A stretch of 64,000 nt of DNA from an uncultured Gemmatimonadales bacterium (GTDB lineage Bacteria > Gemmatimonadota > Gemmatimonadetes > Gemmatimonadales > Gemmatimonadaceae): positions 1,408,001-1,472,000 of the forward strand of contig CAWBZV010000005.1 in the NCBI GenBank assembly GCA_963793305.1. The letters are read 5' to 3'. Numbering within the stretch: position 1 is the first letter of the stretch; each line of letters starts with the position of its first letter. A program made the position numbers and the translations under genes. The notes beneath the pieces are model-generated. The model ran no database searches, was not told where the DNA came from, and saw nothing but the letters and a program-made list of their open reading frames with translations. Below are positions 56,332 through 64,000 of this stretch, one piece after another.

Positions 56332-58838
56332 ATGAAGGTGCCTGAACTCCTCGCCCCGGCGGGGTCACTGGACGCGGTGCGAGCCGCGGTTGCCAACGGT
56401 GCCAACGCCGTCTATCTCGGCGCGGAACGCTTCAACGCCCGCGACGAGGGCGCGCAGCTCACGCTCGACGAGCTTGCCGATGCGTGCCGCCTGGCCCATG
56501 CGCGCAATGCTCGCATCTATCTGACACTCAACGTGCTGGTCAAGCCGGCCGAGCTCGCCGATGCGCTCGACTTGCTCGGCGCCGCCATCGATGCAGGGAT
56601 CGATGCGGTGATCGTCCAAGAACGTCGGCCTGATCCGCCTGATCAGTGCAGTCTATCCGTCATTGGAGATCCATGGCTCCACGCAGATGACGGTGCATGA
56701 CCCGGCCGGTGCATTGGTTCTGCGCGACCTGGGCGTTGATCGGGTGGTGCTGGCGCGCGAGAACACGCTGGCCGATGTGCAGGCGATCCATTGCGCGGTC
56801 CCTGAGCTCGGCCTCGAGACGTTCATCCACGGCGCGTTGTGCATCTCATACTCGGGCCAGTGCTTCATGTCCGGCATGATCTCCGAGCGGAGCGCCAACC
56901 GTGGCTCCTGCGCCCAGTCATGTCGCAAGGACTATGTCCTCAACGATGCCCTGACCGGCGCTACACTGGACACTGGCTACCTGATCTCGGCCCGCGATCT
57001 CGCCGCGCCCGAGTCGTTAGCCGATGTCGCTCGCTCGGGGATCGTCTGCCTCAAGGTCGAGGGCCGCAAGAAACGCCCCGAGTACGTCGCCGCGGTGACG
57101 TCGGCCTATCGCACATTCCTCGACCGCGTAGCGCGCGGCGAGACGGCCCCGGTGCACGCGGGCGACACACAGCCGCTGGTCCAGATCTTCAGCCGCGGAT
57201 TCACCCCGGGCATGCTCGGCGAGGGCGACCGTGCGGGCCGCGACTACGTGACCCGCACGCACCCTGATCATCGCGGTGTCGTCCTCGGCACAGTCGTCTC
57301 CGCGAGCGCGACTGAGCTCGTGATCGCGCTCGCCGCCGCCGTCGGCCCGATCGCGCCGGGCGATGGCCTCGCATTCGAGCCCCCAGCGGGCGCACCCGGC
57401 CAATCACTGGGTTTCGCGGTCGACAGCGTCCGCACGATCGGCTCCGGCCGTGTCGGCATCGCCACCCGCAAGCATGTCCCTGTCGGCTGGATCGCCTATC
57501 GCACCGCGCAAGCGTCACTGTTGGAGCGCGGCCGCCAAAGCGTCGCGCGCACGGCCATCCCCGCGGCGCCCAAAGTCCGACTCGAACGTCCGGCTCTTCG
57601 GCCAAGCAGGCACGCCGCTCAAGGCGATCTTCACGGCGGCCTCCGGTGCCGTCACAGGCGCTATCACAGGCGCCGTTACCGAAGCCGTCACCGTGCGCAC
57701 TGACGCTACGCTTCGCCCTGCCGAGCGGCGCGTGCTCGACGAAACGCAGCTCCGCGCACAACTCGGCCGGCTCGGCGAAACGCTCTTTGTGCTCGGCGCT
57801 CTCGACCTCGCTGGCCTTTCCGCCGGCCTGTTCCTGCCGGTCAGCGAGCTGAATCACCTGCGGCAGCAAGCGACGGAGCAACTCACGTCGATCCGCGACT
57901 GGTCGCTCGAAGCCACCCGCGCGGAACGCACCGCCGTCATATCTGCCGCCGTAGCCACTGTTCAGGCGCAGGCGCCGCAGGCGCCGCAGGCGCCGAGCGC
58001 CCACGTCCTCTCGGCCACGGTCTATCGCGTCGAAGACGCCCGCGCCGCCGCGGCCGCGGGAGCAACCGAGATCGTGTTTGACCCGTTCCTCCGCAACCCA
58101 CCGCCGCCGGCCGCGCGAATCCGCGCACTCGCCGAGGAGCTGGGCGTCCCGTTCGCGATTCGCACGCCGACGATCATTCGCCCGCCCGAACGCAAGACAC
58201 TCGACAAGTGGCTAGCCCTCGGCTTCCCGATGGTGACGGGCCACCTCGGCCTGGCCCGCGAGCTCGGCGACCGCGCGATCCTGGACTACGCCACAAATTG
58301 CTTCAACCAACACACGGCCGCCGAGTACTTCGGGTACGCCCCGAAGCGGATCGTGCTCTCGATCGAGCTGACAACCGACGAGATGGCCGCCGTCGTCGCC
58401 CCTTGGTCCGGCGCGGGCTTCGCCGCCGTGATCTATGGCCGACCCGAAGGCATGACGATCGAGCACTGCGTGCTCTCGGCCGCATTCGACCGCGAGCCAA
58501 CGACATGCCGCGACCTGTGCGTGCAAAAGCACCCAGAGGTCTCACTGACAGACCCCACGGGCTACACGTTCGCCGTGGCGACGGACAGCGCCTGCCGCAA
58601 TCGCCTCCTGCACTCGCGCCCCATCGAGGCGTCCGAGTTCCTACCCCGTCTCTGGTCAGCCGGCATTCGCTCGTACCACGCCATATTCAACGTGCCGAAC
58701 GATCCGGTCGCCGAGCTGATCGCGGGCTACGCCAGGACGCTCTCGGCCCTCGCCGCGGGCGACGCGCCGGACACGACCGCGCCTCGCCGCGCAGTGGGTA
58801 ACTCATTCACACGCGGCCACTTCGCCCGCGCCGTCTGA
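56332..58838 (+). CDS. Peptidase U32 family with DUF3656-like region (RlhA-like hydroxylation protein); +1 frameshifts near 56621 and 57585
   Basis: ELLAPAG, HGSTQM, HGALCISYSGQC, NRGSCAQSCR, KVEGR, C-terminal FTRGHF; spread over three frames. Confidence 0.85.
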
Positions 58839-58890
58839 CAATTGTCGATCCGCTCCGCCTCCGTCCGTCGCTTGGACAACAGGAGGAACA

Positions 58891-59256
58891 ATGACTTGGA
58901 CCGGACGGATACTCAGCACACTCGCGATCATGTTCATGTTGTTTGACAGCATCGGCCATCTGCTGATGCCCGCACCTGTCGCGCAAGCATTCGCGACGCT
59001 CGGCTTCCCAACCAGCACCGCGTTCGGCATCGGGCTCGTCGAGCTCGCGCTGACCGCGCTCTACGCCATCCCGCGCACCTCTATTGTTGGAGCGATCCTG
59101 CTCACCGGCTATCTCGGCGGCGCGATCGCCGCCAAGGTGCGCGTGTCGGCGGCGCCCTTCGACACCGCGTTCCCGCTGATCATCGCCACGATCATCTGGG
59201 CCGGTATCTACCTGCGCGACGCCCGCGTTCGCACGATCTGGGTCAGCCGTCCATGA
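58891..59256 (+). CDS. DoxX-family membrane protein
   Basis: LYAIPRTSIVGAILLTGYLGGA; AGGAGG RBS. Confidence 0.85.
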   Translation: MTWTGRILSTLAIMFMLFDSIGHLLMPAPVAQAFATLGFPTSTAFGIGLVELALTALYAIPRTSIVGAILLTGYLGGAIAAKVRVSAAPFDTAFPLIIATIIWAGIYLRDARVRTIWVSRP

Positions 59257-60011
59257 AGCGCTTCGTGATGATGCACAAGGCCGATGCCCAGGTCGAGGCA
59301 GGCGTCGTGCCGAGCCACGAGCTCATGGCTCGGATGGGTGACTTCGTAGGAGAGATGATGGGCGCCGGTGCGTTCCTGGCCGGCGAGGGTTTAGCGCCCA
59401 CCGCCGAGGGAGTTCGGCTCCACGTATCAAAGGGCAGGCGCACCGTGACGCGGGGCCCGTTCGTCGGCTCGAATGAGCTCGTCGCAAGTTTCGCGATGGT
59501 GCGCGTGCGATCGCTCAACGAAGCGATAGACTGGGCTGCCCGCATCGCCAAGGTCCTCGGTGACGTGGACCTGTACATCGGGCGAGTGAAAGAGCCATGG
59601 GATCTCGGTCTCGCGCCAAAGCCGAGCGGCGCACCGTTACGCTATCTCATCATTCGCAAGGCCGACGCCCAATCCGAGGCGAATGTCGCGCCGGGCCCGG
59701 ACATCCAAGTTGGCATGCGCCATCTGCTCAACGAAATGACAAAGGCGGGCGTGCTCCTCGTCGCCGAGCGCCTGCTGCCGAGCGCGGTCGCCGTGCGCCT
59801 CACGGTGTCGGCCGGTAAGCACCAGGTCATCGATGGCCCATTCGCCGAATCCAAGGAGCTGATCGCCGGCTACTGCATCGCATCAGTCGCCACGCGTGAT
59901 GACGCGGTCATCTGGGCGACGCGCTTCGCCGAGCTATTGTGCCGCTACGCTCCCGCCAACTCCGTCGAGGTAGACGTGCGCGAGTTGGCGGAAGGAACCG
60001 GCTTCGTGTGA
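59253..60011 (+). CDS. Tandem YciI (DGPF) domain protein
   Basis: RGPFVGSNELV and DGPFAESKELIAGY. Confidence 0.85.
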   Translation: MKRFVMMHKADAQVEAGVVPSHELMARMGDFVGEMMGAGAFLAGEGLAPTAEGVRLHVSKGRRTVTRGPFVGSNELVASFAMVRVRSLNEAIDWAARIAKVLGDVDLYIGRVKEPWDLGLAPKPSGAPLRYLIIRKADAQSEANVAPGPDIQVGMRHLLNEMTKAGVLLVAERLLPSAVAVRLTVSAGKHQVIDGPFAESKELIAGYCIASVATRDDAVIWATRFAELLCRYAPANSVEVDVRELAEGTGFV

Positions 60012-60091
60012 GCAATGAGACGCGCGATGCCACGATGCTACGTCCTCGCGGACTGTGCAACTGAACCCGCGAGGGTTGATGGGAGGGAACA

Positions 60092-60487
60092 TTGGACGCG
60101 GCACGCAAGAAACAATTTCGGCAACGAATTGACGAACTCCTCGAGGAGCGGGCCGCCGAGCCTGGCTTTGATGAGCGTGCTCGGCGGCGCTGGCTTGTCG
60201 ATCATCTCGCGGACTATGTCTCCCGATGGCGTGGGTTCTCTGAGCTTCCGATGGCATCGCGAACGCCGCTGACGGACCTGCCTGGGTTTGACGTCGTATC
60301 CGCCGGCTTCGACGCGACCTCGCTAGTGTTCGAGAATCTCCGCGGACCTGATGCGTTGTCAGCGGCTTGGACCGCCATCCGCGCTGCAATGGATGAAGCG
60401 GTTGCTCATGGAGGCAAGGGTGCGACGGCGCGGTTGCATGACAGGGTGGCTGCGCTGCAAGCGCTCCTCCAGTCCGCTGAGGGCTAG
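60092..60487 (+). CDS. Hypothetical protein
   Basis: TTG start with GGGAGG RBS; helical composition. Confidence 0.5.
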   Translation: MDAARKKQFRQRIDELLEERAAEPGFDERARRRWLVDHLADYVSRWRGFSELPMASRTPLTDLPGFDVVSAGFDATSLVFENLRGPDALSAAWTAIRAAMDEAVAHGGKGATARLHDRVAALQALLQSAEG

Positions 60488-61017
60488 ACGTGCCGGTCGC
60501 AGGATGTGAGTGGCCCGCAGGTGAGCGCGGTCGGGAAGTACCGCCTGTCACCGTCGAGGTCTGCGGGCAGGCAGCCTATGGTTGCGGTGGCGGATGGCAG
60601 CCCAGAGCCGTCGAGATCCGGCTGGATCTGATGGAACCCGAAGTCGCCGACGGGCGTATGCACCGTCTCGTGCTGCTCGGCGACGGCGACCTGGATCGCT
60701 GGCGGGATCTGAGACAGGATCCCATGCAGCTGTAGCGCCGAAAGGAACGACACGTATCCGACCGACGGCTGTCCTTCCTGCGACGGGGATCGCGCGAGCA
60801 GGAACGGCACGACGGCGTACGGCGAGAAGTCCGGGTGACGCGTATCAGCCCACAGCCCGCGCACGAGTCGCGTGACCAGCCCTTGTTCCTGGAGGCGAGC
60901 CAGACCACGAGACGCCGTATCCGATGACACGGCCGCGGCGGCCGCGGCGGTGGCGGTCGTGAAGATCGGCGCCCGCGGGGTCACGTCGCGCAAGACGATC
61001 GGGCCGACCTGGGTCAT
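60484..61017 (-). pseudogene. AbiEi-family (type IV TA) antitoxin, C-terminally truncated or diverged
   Basis: IFTT...LARLQEQGLVTRLVRGLW, YVSFLSALQLHGILSQIP; similarity ends near 60612 and no ATPEKA-type motif follows. Confidence 0.65.
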
Positions 61018-61262
61018 GGGCGTGTTCCTGGCGACTCCCCCGTCGGCATGGGATTCAAAATACTGCCGAACTAGCCCAAATAGCCAATTCGACAGTGTAA
61101 TGACATACGGTCCGCTGCTGACCCACAGTCCACTTCTCCTAAACACGCCAGCGGATCCGGGCAGTATCCGTCGGGGCTTAGCGGTAGACGGTCTGTGCAT
61201 ATGGATTCGCCAGCTTCGTTTCGTCGAAATGCTGTGCAGCTCACAGTGACCCGGTGGGCGAC

Positions 61263-61841
61263 TTACCGAGCCGGGGGTGCGTGACTGAGTCGGCGAGGCG
61301 AGCGGGGCATGGCAATCGTCGCCACTCCCGTCAATCGCAGCATCTGGCGCGCGCCGGCGCGTTGCCGGCGGAGGAGGCCGCGCGCGACGAGACGATCGGC
61401 CGCGCCGTGCGCCGCGGCGTATGAGACACCCGTGCTCCGGGCCAGGTCGCGCGCGGTCAGGGGGCCGCTCAGCGCCAGCGTGATGAGATCCGATTCGAGC
61501 GACGGGCCGACGACGGCGCGCACCCGGAGCTCGGGAACGTGGCGCAGCAGCCACGCCGCCGGTCGGATCGCGGTGAGCTTCAGGGACTCGTCGTCATGCC
61601 ACAGACCCCATCGGCGATATACGGGCGCCGTGCTGGCGCGCAGGTCGGATCGTAAGGCGGGAAATCGCTCCATCACGGTGAACAGTGGCCGCGGCCGGGC
61701 GAGCGGTCGGCACGCCTCGATCGCACCGTCGAGCTTTGAGGCGCGGCCGGTCTCCAAGCCGCTGGCTCCCCGGCTGGCGAGCGTGAGCAGTGCGCCGGCG
61801 TGTGGCGAACGAACTGCTGCGAGCAGACTTGCGACGCTCGG
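61263..61841 (-). pseudogene. Hypothetical protein with C-terminal wHTH, apparently 5'-truncated
   Basis: TARDLARSTGVSYAAAHGAADRLVARGLL; frame open to a TAA at 61842-44 with no good start. Confidence 0.5.
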
Positions 61842-61914
61842 TTAGGTCCTAACCGCCGGGCTTCGGCCATTCCGATCGCGGAAATTCACGCAATCGTCGA
61901 GCAGCTGTTTGAGA

Positions 61915-62691
61915 TCAGCGAGCGGCGCAGTACAATTGCGCCAAACGGGCCACCGCACGTGAATCGCGCAGCGCAGCTGATGTCAGGCCAGAGTAGCGCC
62001 GCAGCATGTCATGAAAAGCAGACCCACTGCAAAAGCCTAGTGTGTCAGCGATATGCTGGATGGGTTCCCCGAGCGCCGCCATCTGCGCGGCGACGAAGAG
62101 GCGACACCAACCAATTGTGGCCTCGGGTGTCGGCAGCGCGAGATTACGAAGCAGGCGATAGAGGCTGCGCTCACTCACTCGAAGGGCCGCGGCCGCCACG
62201 GAGACTGTCGGTCGCAGCTGAGCGTTCATCGTGCAGTAAGTAATGATGGGATGAGCACGCGGTGGGATCCACGGTAGGGCGTGATGGGTTGCGTCCGCGC
62301 AGACCGGCGACAGAAGGCTAGGGCCGAGCGCCTCACCAACCACCCGCTCGAGGTTGTCGACCCGATAGAGCACGACGTGATTCGCGCCGGCTTGTACAGC
62401 GCGAACGAAGAGCGGTTCGGAATCCTCGCAGTCTGTCGTGCACGCAATGATCGGTGTCGTGGGGCGGACGCGATGAGTACAGCAAATCGCCGCATCGATG
62501 GCGGGCTCCTTCGCCACCGACAGTTCGACCACGAACCCCACTACTGCCTCGTGACTCTCCAGCAGTGAGTCGAGGTCGCTCATCTCGATGAACCTGACAT
62601 CGGCGACCGGGGATGCGGCTCGAGCCACCACGTCGTGATACGTGGGGAAAATGCTGACCGCGACCAGAGGCAATGCGAGGCGTGTGATCAT
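61915..62691 (-). CDS. AraC-family regulator with degenerate receiver-like N-terminus
   Basis: VSERSLYRLL, IQHIADTLGFCSGSAFHDMLRRYSGLT. Confidence 0.8.
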   Translation of the reverse strand: MITRLALPLVAVSIFPTYHDVVARAASPVADVRFIEMSDLDSLLESHEAVVGFVVELSVAKEPAIDAAICCTHRVRPTTPIIACTTDCEDSEPLFVRAVQAGANHVVLYRVDNLERVVGEALGPSLLSPVCADATHHALPWIPPRAHPIITYCTMNAQLRPTVSVAAAALRVSERSLYRLLRNLALPTPEATIGWCRLFVAAQMAALGEPIQHIADTLGFCSGSAFHDMLRRYSGLTSAALRDSRAVARLAQLYCAAR

Positions 62692-62767
62692 GGTCTCGTG
62701 CTAATTCGCCGGGCAACAATCATAGGCGCCACGTGTCGAATGCGCCAACATCGATTCGCTACCTCCG

Positions 62768-62940
62768 GTGGCACGCTGAGGAACGGCGTGGCACGCTGAG
62801 GAATGACAACTTGTCCGCATGCGATCGTCGAATCGTACAAGTGACGTCCTGTTACACGCGCAGGCGGTGCGCTATGACCTTGGCGCGAGCGCACATGCGT
62901 GACATGGCGCGCTGAGGAACGGTGTGTGGCAGGCTGAGAG
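62768..62940 (+). promoter_or_regulatory. Two pairs of TGGCnnGCTGAG direct repeats
   Basis: GTGGCACGCTGAGGAA at 62768 and 62788; variants at 62905 and 62927. Confidence 0.65.
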
Positions 62941-63208
62941 ACTGTTCGATCAGCATGGTCTCGCTATGGTGTCGGTCCTTTGCAGTCAACTCGCGGTGTC
63001 TGTACTAGCAAACGCATCAGCCACCGCTGAGGGACGACCCATGGCCTCATCACTGTTCCGTCGCGCAGATCAAGGCTCCGGCACCAGCCACGGCTGGTTA
63101 CGGGTCGCGGCGTTCGCGATCGCGAACCTCGCGGATCGTGACGCTGGCAGCCGTCCGAATCGCGGTCCGACGGAGGCACACTCTCATCCTTACCACGAGA
63201 AGTGACCT

Positions 63209-64000
63209 ATGATTGCGCGCGCCCTCGTCTTTCTGATCGCCGGCGGCTTACTCGCGCTCCGTGCGGGCGCACAACCGCCGCCTCCGGTATGTGATACCTG
63301 CGTCAATCCGGTCACGATCACGATCACCCCGACGACGCCGACGACTGATACGCTGAGATCGCGCAGCGAAACGATCAGCATCTGCGCATCGCCGTTGGTC
63401 AGTGATTCGGCCGAGTGGAACGGCGCGACGATCACCGGTCTCACGATCTCCAACGGCTGCGCCACGAAGACCGCGTCATACACATACCACGTGGGCTCGA
63501 ATAAATGGCAGGCGTGGGGGTGCAGTGGGCTGGGGGGTGGCGACAACAAAGGTGAGTGCATTAATCAGAGTCTGTCGATACAACACCCGGCCCTCGGCGT
63601 GAATCCGAAGGGGACGACCGTTGATGTCGCCGACAGTACGATTGCGAAGGAGCTTTTCACGGTCAGTAACTACGACACGGCGTCGCACACCTATACCCTG
63701 ACGCTGACCTGTACCTCTACCGTGACGAGCTGTAGCGCCTCTCCCGCGAGTTCGATCACGGTCAATCCAGGATTGCAAGGCACGGACACCGTGACCTACC
63801 GCGCTGGTGCCACCGGCACGACTGGCACCATCCAACTCAAGGCCACCGCCGCCGGCAACAGCGATAGCGCGATCGTAACGGTCAGGGCCATCAGCGCGCT
63901 CACGGTGAGCACAGCGTTCATGAACCAGGACGATCAGGACATGACTCGATGTGCCGTGAGCTGCTTCGCCGCGACGACGGGGCTGAGCACAGTTCCGATC
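63209..64000 (+). CDS. Large secreted Cys/Thr-rich Ig-like protein, 5' part only
   Basis: Manual translation open to the window end: signal peptide MIARALVFLIAGGLLALRAGAQ, FTVSN...YTLTLTC, CAVSCFAAT. Confidence 0.75.
   Translation, partial: MIARALVFLIAGGLLALRAGAQPPPPVCDTCVNPVTITITPTTPTTDTLRSRSETISICASPLVSDSAEWNGATITGLTISNGCATKTASYTYHVGSNKWQAWGCSGLGGGDNKGECINQSLSIQHPALGVNPKGTTVDVADSTIAKELFTVSNYDTASHTYTLTLTCTSTVTSCSASPASSITVNPGLQGTDTVTYRAGATGTTGTIQLKATAAGNSDSAIVTVRAISALTVSTAFMNQDDQDMTRCAVSCFAATTGLSTVPI

Noticed and set aside
57645..57995. Short coding repeats in the U32 gene (GAVT-like x4, QAP x3)
   Set aside because: Low-complexity in-frame linker expansions
62768..62803. Sigma-54 promoter (TGGCACG) or CRISPR array
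   Set aside because: No TTGC at -12; repeats are too short and lack spacer-length unique sequences; no cas genes
62924..63205. 93-aa ORF upstream of the secreted gene
   Set aside because: No recognisable motifs or RBS; overlaps the repeat region

Overview
GC-rich bacterial chromosome segment. Gene content and protein style suggest Gemmatimonadota (inference, not a database result). Most of the window is housekeeping: PTS IIA, dusB-larB-ssrA (tmRNA, tag ANNNMALAA), a chemoreceptor, a long minus-strand run truA/transaldolase-like/htrA/purB/purC/psd/pssA/purS/purQ/purL/purF followed by ppdK, then trpD, lexA, trpC-F-B-(HEAT)-(HD-GYP)-A, folB-folK-panB-panC, rlmN, aspS-phoH-HD-ybeY-CNNM. These are followed by a B12 acyl-CoA mutase/carboxyltransferase/AtuA/hydratase cluster and a U32 (RlhA-like) gene. 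There are two accessory patches: a toxin-antitoxin patch (34.5-36.4 kb) and a decayed AbiEi/wHTH + AraC + large secreted protein region (60-64 kb). About 11 genes or sites carry single-base insertions, nine of them GAYG to GAAYG; these are probably sequencing artefacts and create false fusions (PurC-Psd, FolB-FolK). Best leads: (1) an isobutyryl-CoA-mutase-type (Phe/Gln) enzyme clustered with Liu/Atu-like genes; (2) a HEAT protein and an HD-GYP protein that share an unnamed N-terminal domain, embedded in the trp operon; (3) a transaldolase-fold pseudoenzyme; (4) a one-piece tmRNA with the alphaproteobacterial GGCAGUA T-loop; (5) a wHTH/degenerate-NTase protein with a triple palindromic operator. 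All family assignments are from motif recognition by eye.
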